Positions 41,581 through 56,500 of a DNA stretch of 64,000 bases are shown in pieces. The stretch covers positions 1,247,403-1,311,402 of the forward strand of contig CM082576.2 in the NCBI GenBank assembly GCA_040954595.2, read 5' to 3'. The stretch comes from Balanoglossus misakiensis. Taxonomy: Eukaryota; Animalia; Hemichordata. Every line of letters begins with the position of its first letter. Positions within the stretch are counted from its first letter, which is position 1. Under the pieces are notes generated by a model, which worked only from the letters and a program-made list of their open reading frames with translations, was not told the DNA's origin and did no database searches. The position numbers were made by a program, and so were the translations under genes.

Positions 41581-41674
41581 TGGCATGATGGGAAAAAAAC
41601 ATTACAAGAGTTACATGTAGACAGTACAGTTGCATCAAAAGCTGCAAATCTTGAATTTAACTTAGGGAGGTAAT

Positions 41675-43500
41675 ATGAGTTGTGGGATGAAAGAAGCAGA
41701 AATTGCCACAAATAAGATTAGATTGGAAAATCAAAAATTAGAAGGAAAACTTGATCAGGTAAACTATTTTTGGTGTATAGGGATGAAAACCTTGTAAATT
41801 TCATGTATTTTAGTAGACATTTATTATTGTATACTTATTTATTTATTTGTATGTATGTGCTCAATGACCTTACACCAAAGCTGCATATCTGGCACAGCTA
41901 ATAAATAACCAGTTTTTATTCCAGTGTTTACTCCATTAGGCCATTTACTTACATTACGTTCGATGTCTATATTTTTAAAATGTACACTGAAGGCTAATTT
42001 TCAATTTATTTTCATTTCAGTTAAAGAGGTTAGAAAGAAGTTGTCAAAAACATAAAGAAATTCTATTGAAGGAAGAAAATGAAATAGAGAAGAATCCAGA
42101 GTTAACGAATGATGACGTGAAGTGTGATGAAAAAATGTGGGTATAAAATAAAGTGTGTTGTAAAAATTTTGCTTACTATTTTTCTATTATTATGACAAGC
42201 TCATACATGTGACATAGATGTCGAGGCATTCTTATTCAGCACAATTTTCACAACTTTTATAAACATGCTAAAGAAATATTATATTACTAGTACCGGTATA
42301 TAGTCAAGATTGTAACTTAATCATGCAGACAACTGAATGTTCTTGTTATTTGATAAGATATAAAATACTCTAGGTCTACCCGGTAGTTTGTTTATTCTTT
42401 CAATCTGTCCAGTTACAATCAGATTTATCCACTTGTTGAAGAGATTTGTCACCAGCAGAATTTGCTGAAAGAACTTCAACAACAGTTACAGCTTGCCAGT
42501 GCAAGGAAAGAGAAATATGACATTTTGACATCAATAGCAGCAGGTAAATGAACTTTGCAATCAATCAAGTCTTGAGTTAGTATTTTATTAATGATTAGTG
42601 CAAACTCAATGAAGTCCCAAATTGATTGAAATATATTCCATGTACCTCCATATGGCATCATGTAAAAATTGTTATAGACTTACATTACTTGTATAATTGT
42701 TAGAGACTGCATACATTCTTGTTATTTCTTCAAGCTTCATCGTGTATTCCACCACCAAGTACTGGAGATGCTTGTTTGCCCATTTGTGTCAGGTGGTACC
42801 AAGAAATGATGACAAACACACAAAGCAGGGACAGCAAAAGTCATAATGGTAAGTCATCTTGTTGATTTGTTTCTCACTGATCTAGATTTGGACTTTTAAA
42901 TAAACATGGAGTCTCATTCAGAAAGCAGGCAACACCTCACATTGTGTCTGAAGCTGTAAGCTTTAAAAATCGACATCTTGCAGTTTCTTCTTCAGCTTTT
43001 CTACTAAAATTGTGATAAAATCCTGAGTTTTGTACATTATAGATTTCTTTTTCCAACAGGCAGTTTTCAACAATTTAATCAACTTTATTTCGGTGCTGAA
43101 ATGAAAACTATCCGTCTGAAGACTTCCTCAGAGAAAGTGCATCAGTTATCATTTTCAACTTGTTACCATGGAATTTGTATATTAATCACAATTCAACAAG
43201 CATGTGCAATGAGGTGAGACAATGTTTTCTTGTTTTAATTAGGAAGTTATCAGAGACGAAAAAGTTTGTTAGTATCTGAAGCATTTTTGTATTCTCTTTC
43301 AAAAAAACATGACAGATGTGTTTCTGTTTTTATTTCTCCACAGAGAGAATGAATCCGAGTATTTCATCATCAGATCAGATCCTTTCATAGAACATTTACA
43401 AGAGAAAGGGTTTGAAGCCATCCAGTGTAATCAGTCAATTTCTACATTCATCACAGACACCATATGGACAGCAATCCAGAATTCAGCACTGATGTCATGA
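41675..43500 (+). CDS. About 250-aa coiled-coil + RWD-like protein resembling kinetochore Spc25; 6 coding exons
   Basis: Exons 41675-41758, 42021-42136, 42413-42543, 42735-42848, 43060-43212 and 43344-43500 join in one open frame via GT-AG introns. The N-half is heptad-rich (RLENQKLEGKLDQLKRLE; QQNLLKELQQQLQLA). The C-end EYFIIRSDPFIEHLQE...NQSISTFI recalls the Spc25 C-terminus. The gene model is solid; the family call is tentative. Confidence 0.7.
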
Positions 43501-44560
43501 AGTTCTTGAAATTCTTCATCTTATGTATTTTTCATTTGCCTTTTTTTTTTCATTTCATGCAGTTATGAAACTTCATTAGATGCTATTTGCCATATTTATT
43601 ATATATACAGCCCTTCCCAATCCTGTACCCCCACAGACACTGTGGAAAATAGATCTACAGAATTCACATTGGTGTGTGTTCTAATGGGATTCACGAAATA
43701 AATATCAAAATGCTATATTTTTCCTTATAGTTTATTTTTTAACCATGGAAATAAATTTACATGACTCTTAATTACCAATGAATAAAAAAACAAAACATGT
43801 AAGAAACTCTTAACCGGAGAGCAGATCAACCATCCAATGTGATACAAAACTCAGCAAAATAAATATATCTCTGTATTATTTACATGAACCAAGAAGAGAG
43901 CTACTTTCTTCTCTTGATCCATTCTGGAATTAACTGGTTTCTGCCACTACAGTAATTTTTGTTTTACCCGATTCTATCATTGCACCATTTTATCATTTTA
44001 GTCTAGAAATTATGGTTGCACTGTACAGCAAAAACAGGTGTCAGCAGCCAACAAGTTGATTCTGTAAATTTCAAAATGTCTCAGCAGTATAACCATACAT
44101 CATGATTTGTACCTAAAGGCTGTAATTAATTTGGAGAATCTTGATTTCATAAAATGAATGCATTCAGATTTTCAATATTGTGTGTACAAGAGAGCAGAGT
44201 AAACCATTGACTGCGTCACCCTTATAAAAATGGAAAGACATGATTGAGGAGTCAACTTTATGGAATAAATGTGGTAAATTTTTCACAAGCAGGGTATCTA
44301 AGTTTGTCATCTGTTCATGTTAAGTACATATCATTGCCACAGCATAGTAGGGGGTTATTACAAAAATACTGCACTATATATTATAGCCTACGTAATACCG
44401 GCAATCCGACTGCAGTTTTGAAGAAGTGTGTTTCAGTGCTGCACGTTCAGCTTTTGCTTCTCTGCCACAAGTGACAAATCTCTATTTCATACATGACAAG
44501 TTCTCTATACTAGACACACATCAGTGTTTTTTGGAAGTTCATTCAAAAGCCCGCTTTCCA

Positions 44561-47500
44561 TTATTGGGCAGCAGCCACACTATGTCTTGGTGGTTCTATG
44601 CTTATTCTTGGAGGTTTGTGTTTAGTGGCTGAGGCTGAGCCATCAGACGACACGACAGATACCCTTCCAGTGGGACCACCACCTGGTCGCTTGGAATCCA
44701 TCATACTCTCACGTCGACCAGGAAAGCCACCACCACCGGTGAATGTTCCCACACTGCTACTTCTATCCCCTCCTGCACCAGTGATATCAGACTCCTGCAA
44801 ACGAGGCACAAAAATGATTAGAAATAATTAGAATCTGAGTATTTAAGATCAAACAGCTGCACATCAATTCTTTGAACACAAAGATTCAATAAGATAAGAA
44901 ATCTTTTTAAAAATGCGTCAAAAAGTCATTTTATCAAGAAAAAATGATTAATGAAGCCACAAGAACACATTAGAACATTAGTTGCAAAAAAATATGAAAG
45001 CCCAAAAGAAAGTCTGGATTATTTTGAGATTGCAAAGTGTGAAAACCTGAGAGCCATATAGCCAATGAACTGCGAGTAGATGTGGACTTTAATCGATCCT
45101 GTGTTGCCAGCATGCATGATGGGAGCAAAAAAAGGGAAGCGTCAGATTACTTGGTATCAGCAGCAATACAAGTTTAAGGTAAAGATTAACATTGACTACA
45201 CTTGGCTATTGTAACCAGCCTAATGCAATGAGAATGAAAACCCTTGCAATGTGTGCAGATTTGGATGTATAGAAGGTGCATGTCACATGATTTGTTCCCT
45301 GATGAAGTGGTTCATATACTTGGATAGCAAGGATTCAGCAAATAGATTGGCAATTATCAGTTCTACACAGAGCCATATACTATCTTTCATTTTGTTGATA
45401 TAGAGAATGAAAACAATGCAAAATATCTACAATCCCCTTGACTGCATTTAATCACCTTCCATTGTAGTCCTTCACTGATGGAAAATGTTATTATTGTGGT
45501 GCCACTTTTTGAAGTTGGATTCACAGAAGGCAATCGGAATATAGTAGTTGGTTCCTCCATGTCCATGTAAGCCTTGAGACGTTCCTTGGTCAATTTCTGA
45601 GTTTTAGACATAGCTGTAAAGAAATCAGAACCATGGTCAAAAACTTTTCCAAACACTAACAAGAACATCACAAGAACATCACAAGATCTTCACCAATCTT
45701 CCCCCCAAAAAGGAAATTTCGACAGGAATGCTTACATGGAGCTCTTTCCAACTTCTTAGGATCGAACTGTCTCAGATAACCAGCCCAGTACGGTAACATT
45801 TCCTTAAAGACAGTATGCTGTGCTTCATCAAACAAGTTTGGATTGTGTGGATCTTTGCCTCGATCTCGGATGTAACTCTCTCCATGCCGGATCAACTTTT
45901 GTGCAATGTCAGGGGTAATATTAATCTATGAAATGGGAACAAGTATAAGGAAGTTAATTAATTTTAAAAGAACAATAGATTCAAATCAAGAAGGTACATG
46001 TATGTATATGCATTAAAATGCTAGAAATATCTGGAAATACATCATTGAAGTGAAGAGATGATCTGGAGGGCAGATTTCCTTTTAAGGGCTTTTTTGTATG
46101 TGGCAATACTCACCTGGACGGAAGAATCTGAGGCCTGGGAATCCAGGAAGCAATCTATAATCACTTCAACTTTCTTCTTCAGGAGAGTCAGATCTGAAAA
46201 AGCATGATGGGAATCCTGCAAGAAAAATACAATGTTCATTATACAACATTTATTGTACAACAAATGAGAGAGTCACCACGAAATCAAATTATTCATCACA
46301 CAAACCTTGAATCTTTGCACTTCCAACCAGAAGTCTAAATCATTGGGCAGATTGGGCATGTTGTCATTTTCTCCGTGATGTGCCAAGTATTTCTGGAAAT
46401 GTTGAAGTCTGATTGGCTTATCACCCTTGCATGCTGTCAACAACTCTTGCAAGAATTCGTTCCTATCCTGACTGGATGGTGCCATCTTGCCAGGTTGCTG
46501 TAACAGACCATAGACCAGTGTTGATTTTGATAGCAAACTATTATGTCAGTGTATCTGATATATTTGTATGTCTGGAATATCAGTGTGTTTGTCAGTGGTG
46601 TGTTGATCTGGGTCTGGCTGCATGTCTGTGCTGTGTTTGTCTCTCTGTGGTGAAGTGGTTCTGTCAGTGTGTGGCTGTGTAGAGCTGTTGATATCAACTT
46701 CAGCTAAGCATCACTCTTTTATCTTAGACTTAAACACACCCAAATTCCCAAATAAATCCATCAGTATATTAAGTCATTTTGCATCTCCCTGGTCATGCAT
46801 TAATAACCCTTTCAGACTTTTCAACTTTACAATGACATATACAAATTCTCCATTTATTCTGCCCCATTTGATCTGATGAATACATGCATTGAATATTCTT
46901 ATGACACACATCTCAAAATTGACATGTAATATTTTTTGCCAAATTTACAATAATGTGTTAATATTTGCATTCTTGCCATTATTATAGCATGACTTGAAGC
47001 TTTGGGAAATATGCAATCATTCAGTAAAATTCATAGCCCTAGATTTGGCCCCAAAACCATTTGCCAAGGCTTTCCCCCAAAACTTATTAGCCCAGCCTGC
47101 CCCAAATCAATTTTGCCCACGTTGTTTAACCCCATAATTTTATTATCAATGTGAGAGCTTTATTAAGCAGCATTTTGCAAAGCACTATGAACTATGTCTA
47201 CTTTGCTTGAATGGAATGTGGTATATTGTGCAAAGGACAATATGGGATGCTAAATGCATGCTCATTACGACATCGGTAGAGAAAACTCTAAGACCAGCAT
47301 GCAATGGTCATCATAAAGCACACCACTGTACACCAGATTACAGTACATGGACACAGCATAAAGCAATTCTAAGCTGTGCAGCTATATTGCTACTAGTGTG
47401 TGTAATGATCAGGTCAGTAAGTGAGTGCTTGCTTTATAGTGCAGTACATGTGACGTACATGAACCTATAGTCCAAGTACACCTTTTATGAAATACAAATA

Positions 47501-50500
47501 GCATCATCTGACAAACCTTGTAACGCTTGACTTTCCTAATGCGCTTTGTTACCTTCTCTGTCTTTTTAAGTTCAGAGGATGAACGAGCAAGGGCTGCAGG
47601 TGAGCCCGGGCTCTGACTGGAGTCACTTTGCGACTCTTTGGGTTTCATGGCTTGCTTTGGTTGCAAGCCAGACTCTACTGCAGTCGCTGACGACGCAGCG
47701 AGCTGAGAGGAGTTTGTTGTCTGAGATGGAAGTTCATTTGGAGGATCGAGTGGAGTTGTGCTAATTGGATCAGATGTCTATAAAAAGTGAGGCAATACAG
47801 ATAATAGATAAAGAAAAAGAAAAGAGATGAAGATTTTACAAAGAAATTGACAATGTGACAGCTGTGTATATGTGAATAAGAGAAAGAAGAATACACAATG
47901 TAATACGCACAATGTTGTCAAGATCATATGAAAGATGTTCAGAAACATGAACATGGAACACAGTGGATCTCCAAGCTGTACTTTCTTAGTAAATATGATT
48001 TTCAAGGAAAAATTGAATCACAGTTATAGATTATCAGTATATGTAGGAATGGTCTTTTAGCCACTCCATACAAAAGGGAAAGACTTGTTTTCAAATGATT
48101 CATGATGGTATCCTGTGATCAAAAAAACATCTGGTACTAGAAAACTCAGTACAGCATTGGAGTATTTAAAAAAACAGTACAAAAAACAACAAACATTGAA
48201 CAAATGCACGCAAGATAGGGAAGTTCCGAGAAGATGGCAATGTGAAATGTGAATGTCACACTAAACCCCAATAGTTTCATATTTTTGCATGATTGTGGTG
48301 TACCCACAATGAAATGTGTGACTGCCTGTTAATACAATCACAGGAGCACAGGAGTACATAATATGATTTGAAAGAAGTGTAATTAATTTAGTCATGTCCA
48401 ATGGCACAGACATGTGGATGGTATATTTCTGCAAAAAGGTTGAACTATTGGGTTAAAGCAACAAAATCTGAGACACCACAAACATGGAAGGAAAATGGAA
48501 GAATAATAATCCCATTAAACATTGATTCAAACCAACAGAAGTTAGGTGGAGTGGAATTGTAAAAATAAGAGACACATTACAAGTCATTGTCAATGTCATA
48601 GTCCCCGTTGAGTCAACAGAATGAGTCAAAGCATGTTGTTTGGATGAAATCGCATGAAAAGACGTATAGCCCAATCCATTGATCCATCGGGGACTAAAAC
48701 ACATGAAATCACAACAATCAAACATTAGTTGCATTATTCTGACCTGCACAAACGTTTCAAACTGACACTAACTGGAGTAAATAGATGACAAACATCTAGA
48801 AAAAGGTACATTACATAGAAAAGCTGTTGATAAAAATCAGGTCAGAAAAAGATAAACAAAGAAGGAACTTCTGACTGTGGAAGACAATCGAGTTGCGCTG
48901 AAGGAACCTTCAGTGGAATTTGGAGCCCATCTTTACCATAATTCAATGTTTATCATGTACATGTACATGCATCATGTGCAGTGTTGCTTACTTTTTAAAA
49001 TTTGTCACAAAATGAGAGGATAATCTGAATGATCATCAATATATCACTGCGTCTTTTAGTAGAATCTTTTTCAATCTATCACCATGGTAACAGTTTCTTA
49101 TGGTCAGCCATTATATCATAATATTCTGCCTGTCAATACTCTGTTACTAGTACTGTAGCTCTCATGCTACATACAATCTCTCCCCCCCCCCTCCCTCTCA
49201 CACTCACACATCTGCTACTCACTCTGCTAATGTTCCTGGCTTTTTTACTGTATTGGTACACACCATGTTGAGAGTGATGGCCAATGAGAGATTTGTTTCT
49301 GCTGAACCTGACTTTGACCTTGTTCTGCCATACAAGTGAGGTCACTGAGCGCGTCATTTACAGCATCCAGATTCCAAGGTGCCAAATATTCCATGCACAC
49401 TGACTGAGCATGCTCACTGCAATCTTTTCTATATTATCAGTGCAGCACACACACACTTTTCTTTCAAGACAAACAAAACTTAACCAGGAAAACTTTCAGC
49501 CAATATCTTCAGTGATAAATGGCATATTTAAAGTCAATAATTAAAATTACGTGCAGTGTTTGATGCAGCATTCCAAGGTATGCATGCATGAACAGACACC
49601 CACAATGCATCATTCAAATGATGCAATCTTAACTATGAACCACAATGCAACATTCACCAAAGATGTCACACAAATCTCGCCTTATAGCTCATTTCATAGC
49701 AGAGAGATGCCAACCTGGTTAACAGATCCAGTTGTGCCAAGAGCTGATTGACAGTCTGACAGAAATTATTATCCTTTATAAAGTTGAGGAGATCTGTTTC
49801 AAACACTCTACACATGCTGAACATGCAATACATCACAAACACAGTGCAACCTGAAACAAACCTAGCGTTATCTTTCAAGATGATTAAATGGGCCTAATTA
49901 ACTTTTATAACACTAAGAGGAATTTTATCACCAAATCATTTATTTCGCATGAAGTTTGAACTCAACAGTTTAGTTTGTTGAATACTTACAGGTCCGCGCG
50001 CTCTTCTTCTTTTCTTCCAAGCGCTCAATAAACTTTGTGAATTTTCTGACTGCATTGCTAATTCAACCTTAGACATTGCATTACCATTATCACCACCCAG
50101 ACCCTGTGCCTCTAGAGACTCAAGATGTGCCTGAAATAAGATGATATTGAGTAAGTCTCTCTGTGACTATCCCTACAATGGTAAGGTCTGTTACATTTGT
50201 TTCCATCAAAGAGTAAGCTCTTGCATCATTGCCTGTCCATCCAATAATAAAGTCTCCTCATCACCTAGCCATCCAATAGTAAACTTTGTTTGTTATACTT
50301 ACAAGCCAGAAGAGTTTGAATTGCTCCTCCAGATCTGGTTTGACCGCTTTCTGGCAAGCAAGTAGGACGGAATTTCTGGGCCTTTCACCTTCCTTGGCAA
50401 GTACTTGAACTATCTCCGCTGGCAAATTCACAAATCTAAGTGGAGAAAACACACAAAATATCAAAATCAACTCTTAACTGGTTTGGAGTATGAAGAGAGT

Positions 50501-53500
50501 TGGGGGAACTTCAGTTTTTTAATTCTACTGTGATACTTACTTTTTGGAAGTCTGGTCAAAATATGTGTTGACAATATTTTTCAGCTGGGTGTGTTTCTTC
50601 TCGATGTGTGCATCTGGTAATCGCTGGTAGGTCTCAATATCCAAGTACATGTTTAAACTATTCAAGAATTCCTTCTCTTCGTCATCTGATAGAAATCTCT
50701 TAAATTGATTCATCAATCTGATGAGAGAGAAAAAAATCAACAATCATCACTTTGCAGCAGACAAACTCATGTCAATCAAGCCTCGGTTTCTGGAGTCTGA
50801 ATTTGAGAAAGAATTACATGGAGACCATGAAAAAAGTTTGCTTCTTGTATTATTATTTTAAAGGAGAAAAAAGTTACTTGAACCTGTATTTTAATACTAG
50901 ACATAGAAAGTGGTACATAAGTATATCCACATATCTGCAATGATTACTGTGCAAGCTTACGTTCGATTCCTATAAGTTGATGAGAACGTGATTTCTTTTT
51001 CTGTTTCCTTTTCTGTCACTTTTTCTTCTTTCTTTTCATTTTCTTTGCTTTCCTCTCCAGGAGTCTTGATTGTTACTTGGCTTCCTTTCTTTTTGCCTCC
51101 CATTTTTCCCTTCTTCATCTTTCTCAACATCTTCTTCCGGGCTGCCGCTTGCTGTTTCTTCCTCTTTTCCTTCTCCTGCTTTTTCTTGACGATATCTGGG
51201 CTTCTGGAAGCATTGATTTGTTCTGCTTCCTGCAGTGATTGCAACAGACGCCTCCTTCTCTGTGACTCTGTTGATCCTGGATAGCTGTATCACATTCATG
51301 GGACAACAACAACAGTTAACATTTCTGGGGAGTTATCATACATCTTGTAGTGAGAAAACTGAGCAACTGTGGAATTGTTTCCTACCCAGTAAACTACATT
51401 CATTTGGTCCTCAATTCTATAGCCTACTATTGAATTTCATCCCTGAATATGCAAAAATAATTATGACAAACTTTCAGGAAAATCTCAAAACACTTGATCT
51501 TTCCTACAGTTGCTCAGTCTTCTCACACCATGGTCTGACACAGTCACAAAATTAACCCTGTCACACCAGAATTTGGTCCGACCTTCAATGATGTGGTTGG
51601 ACCAAAACACAAAGAAAAGGGGGTGAAAGGGTTAATGTAAAAAAACATACACAACATATACATATCCAGAAACTTTACTGATTTTACTGAGAACAGCTGT
51701 ACAGATAGAAACAACTTATCAGTCTCACATATCAACAAGATTCTAATGACGAGCATTATATTTACCAAAATGTTCACTGAGAGTCACATTCTTTTTAAAA
51801 ACACATTAAATAGAGAAACACTACATTATGTCATAGCGGAAATATTAGACTAATAATCACTCAAAAATTATTGGTGGGAAGTTTATAAGTAGACTGTTAA
51901 CAGACACATTGTCAGTTTCTATTTTTCTTTGCAAACTGCGGTTGTGTGTTAATTGTTACTGGTTGCACCTCGTGGAGATGCAGCCAGTCACAGCACACAA
52001 TCCTGCCACACAGGACTCGCATATAAGAATGACATTGCAGTAGTTTTCATCCAGTGCATTATTGCTGATTTCATTCCAAAACACTCAGTTGTCATGTGAC
52101 ATGCATGCAAGCATAATATATTTGATATTATACAAATCCTCTGTATAAGCATTCTTTGGTGTGATTTACTGCAATTTCTGCAAAACACTCATTCACAGAT
52201 TAGGTGTACCGGGTAGAAAGTAAAAGTTCTAGGGAAGGGATCTATATTTGCTTACACTCAGTAACTTATTGGGGACCTATGCATGCTATTTACTTCAAAA
52301 ATTTCAGGAAAGGATCACGACCGAATACAAGATGAAGAAATTACATATAATTTTGAAAGTTTACAGACATTACATATGTATGTGCTGGTTTTTTTATGAA
52401 GGCATAATTTGTTAGAATTTATTTTTTAATGAAGTTATTACTGTTAGAGTGCCAAACTCCAGATAAATACAGCATCATGCTGAAGAGGCATTATCCCATG
52501 CAGAATGCAAACCAGACTTTTTCATGCAGCAAAATTCACCAACATGCAACATACATGCATCCATGCAACAATCAGGCATATTTACATGATCATTACGCTA
52601 TATCCCAGTTTGTTTAGTGTTGTTGTTTGTTTGTTTACCTGTCATCATCATCTAGTGGTGGTAGAGTACTGCTTGCAATGAACAGAGCGTCACACAAATG
52701 GAAAGAAGGAAAAAAAAAAGAAAAAACAAACACACAAACATAGTGCATCAGGTTATATCAGATCTCAAGACATCCAAATCCCCAAAACCTGAAAATGATG
52801 TGTTGTTGTTTGTGGAAAGCAACAGAAGTGGCAAGCAGAAAAAAGCAGCAATAACAAGTGCCATCTTGTGCAACTGCAAGGCAAAGTATGTCCAAAGCAA
52901 AATTTTTCTAGAATGTACAAATGTACAGCTGCTTTGATTTGTAGCCAAACACAATGTTTACTGTTGCTGCATATTCTAAAAATACATATTTCAGCAGCAC
53001 TGGCAAAAAATGAATGAAATAAATTCTGATATGTGAAGACATTACAGATTAATAGCTTTATAGGATATAAAGCTTCTGTAGCAATTTCTTTGGTCTATCA
53101 ACATTTTTTATTTCTGGTGAAATTTACATGGCTTGCTTTGGTGAGCATTTCATATTTGTGGGGTACACATTCTAATTCTAGCATCTAGTGTTTTCCTTAT
53201 TGAAGTATTATTAACAACACACGCTGTTAGATAAAAAAACAAAATCAACTGCAATATGCAGTTAGATCAAATTCAACACATGACAGATTTAGTGAAGTCA
53301 GTTCAAAATTCCACATCTGTTAGGTACAGGTGGTTGCAAATAGAGACACCAAAAATCTCAAAAGAGTTGGAGAGTTTCTGTGTTATTGGGGGGAAAAAGA
53401 GCACTGCATTCAGCCGAAGTTGGCACTAGTTTTGTTTGTTACCTCTTCTCTGTCACAGGGAACTTAAAGGTGACTTTTCTATTGAAGCAAATTGAAAAGT

Positions 53501-56500
53501 TTAGGGACAGAGAAACATGAAGTGTGAGTATTCATGCAATGGACACATTTTATGACATGGAGACAACATAAATATGGTTAGATGAATTCTCATGATAATT
53601 TTCATAAGTTAGATCAATTACTTAATCAATTACATTTTACATAATTCCCATTACCAGGGTTATGTTATTTTTTATTGTTTTTAATTATTAACAGATGTAC
53701 TGGTAAGGACTATGAGATGGGCATTTGTTTGATATCAATGACAATGTAGAAGTTCAAATGTAATTTCCCATCTGTATAAAAACCTTTTTGAGAAGTTGAT
53801 AACAATGGAACATTGATGAAAAGACAAGTGGGAATTAGTGGAGGCTTGAATGTTTGGATTCTTCCATGATTGCTTCGCTGTGTATACTTACCGTCTCACC
53901 CAAGGTCTTCGGATTGATTTATTCTTTTTTCGGCTGTCAGGTGGAGTGGGACTGGGTGAATATATCATGTCTTCTGGTCTGGCACGACATCTAAAAATTC
54001 AAATAATGAAATACATGTGCATGAAATGGATGAAGTGGAAAAAACAATGTGTTTGTGTTGTTGCTATGTCCATAAAGGGAAGCCTTCTATGCTGATATTG
54101 ATGGTGAAAGAGCTGAACCACTTCTATGGAATGTCTTGTGAGCAGAAACCACTGCTGATTGGTCACAATCAACCATGTGACCAGTCACCATAGTTGGACA
54201 GTACAAAGTGGTGATAACCCAACATGAGATGCAGTAAAGGGTACTCACTCTAGAAACGTCCGCAGATCGTATTTAAGATATTTCAACCATTCCCGTTGCA
54301 GCATCTTGACTGAATGGTCCTTGGCTTTGTCGTAAAGGGAGGCTTCTACATAATCTTTAGTTGTCAACAGTTTGTGATGAACTGAGTCACGTTCATATGG
54401 ACTTACTCCTGTGAAATAAATAACCATTTATAGCATCAGTAACTCATGTTAATTTTGTCATAATGACTAATTTCTTCAGCTTTTTAAGCAGATACTCAGC
54501 TGACAATGAGCAATATACTTACCAATATTCCACAAACTACCAAGGGCAATGTATTTGTTGAAGATGGCCCAAGCTTTCCCCATTCGTAGCAGTCGGTCAG
54601 CTGAACGATCTTCTGCCTGGCCGTAATCTGTGACATCTTGCCAGAACAAGAAGTTGGCTAGATAGTGACTGTCCTCACAGCTAAAAGCAAGATAGGATGG
54701 AGAAAGAGGATTCAGAATTAGAACTTGAAGATAAATAAATGGAAACATTCAACAATGATTGTGGATGAATGGATGGTATTGAATATATGGAGAGTGTAAG
54801 GGTGTCTATATATACATGTACGGTACATCTGTATTTGAGTTGACTGTATCACACTGTATCTTACCTCTCCAGATATCTTTGGAATGGTCCTCCTGCATGT
54901 TTATCGTTCATAATACCCTCTTTAAATCTCACTGTATATGGCCTTTCATCTTCTTGTTTTTGGACCACTGTCAATTTGCCTGGTTGGATTTCATCTTCCA
55001 TTTTGTGACCACCGGATGCCACAGCATCCCAGCTCATACTATTCTGTGCCAGACGTACACAAGATTCTGGACGGACTGGTAGAGAGTTGACCAATGAAAT
55101 GGATGGCAAGAAGTTCATATTGGCCAAGTTTTGATCCTCCTTGACATCAGATTCAGGTTCAACTGCTTCTGCGATTGGAGCCAGACTATAAATACAAATC
55201 AAACCAAATTAGACCGTTCGATGAATGACATGATCACACAGAGACAGAATTGTGCTGATAAATGATCATGACCAAAAAGTCAGAGACTCCTACCTGAATT
55301 CTCCCTGTGCTTCTTGATGGATCAGAAATCTTGGCACCCAATATGTTCGCAGTCGTCGCAGAATATCATATTGGGTTCTTGTAAATACTGTGTCACTCAG
55401 ACCTTCATTTTCTTGTGCCTTTTTAATGTGCTCTTTGGCGTCGTCTGATAATTTAAATTTGTATCGATCTTGAATGTCCCTGTGAAGACAAGCATTTCGA
55501 TGAAACATTGGCTGAAAATTACAACTGTTACAGTGTTATTTGATTACTATATATAAGGACAAAGTTGCTTTTCATGGGTATACTTGACAGAAGATATTTT
55601 GAACTGTTGGTCATGCAAGCTGGACACTGTCTTCAGGACATATTTACCTGAATAAGCGATTCCGCTGTAATTTGGACTGCATGTCATCAATGGCTTTGCT
55701 GTTATCACAGTACTGCTCACAATCCAACCAGAAATTCATCATATCCATCCCAACAGTGTTGTGCAAAAAATCATGAAATGCCGCCATTCCATTAATCTGT
55801 CGGACAAAGTTGACCAGAAGGGAACTGTCAGTTAGTAACTTATAACCACGTGTGAGATATAGCGGGCCTTGATTTTGGGATGCTTGTGTATAACAGAAAC
55901 TAATTTGCCAGAATGTTTTGTTTGACACCGGGATATACAAGTTTACAAGTCAGCACACTCAAAAGTGTTAAATGTTTATGACACAGTTTATTACGTGGAA
56001 TTGGTTATTGAGGCGTTTTACCAAAAGGTCAGAGTTTGTGTGTGAGAGGACTAAAACGCAGAAAACCTAAAAAAACTCTACTGTATCCATAATGACTTAC
56101 AGATCCCAACATTTCTTCTTTCAACTGCTGGAAAGTTCTCTTGAGTCGACTTTCAATTTCTCGAAGGTCGGCTTCAGTCTGCACATCACTTATGTACTCA
56201 TCAGCATCATCAAATTCAACAAAATTTGGTTCACCGTCTGTTTCCTCAAATCCCGGTTCTTGCAACGGATCAATGAATTCATAGTCACCAGCAACAAGAT
56301 CAACTGGCAGGCCAGGTCTAGTGCACACAAATAAAAAAATAAGATTTGTAAATAGTTAACTACAGGTAAGATTCTGGAAGCTTCTTTTCATTTTATTAAT
56401 ATTGTTTATTTATTAATAAGGCTTTCCATTTTTATTTTCAAAATGTATAAGACAATACATATGGCATGTAGTTAAAGTACTTTCCTGTAAAATAATTGGT

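Noticed and set aside
50988-51312. Phe-rich + strand ORF and alternative-frame - ORFs
   Set aside because: Shadows of the Lys/Glu-rich RGS22 exon 51284-50961.
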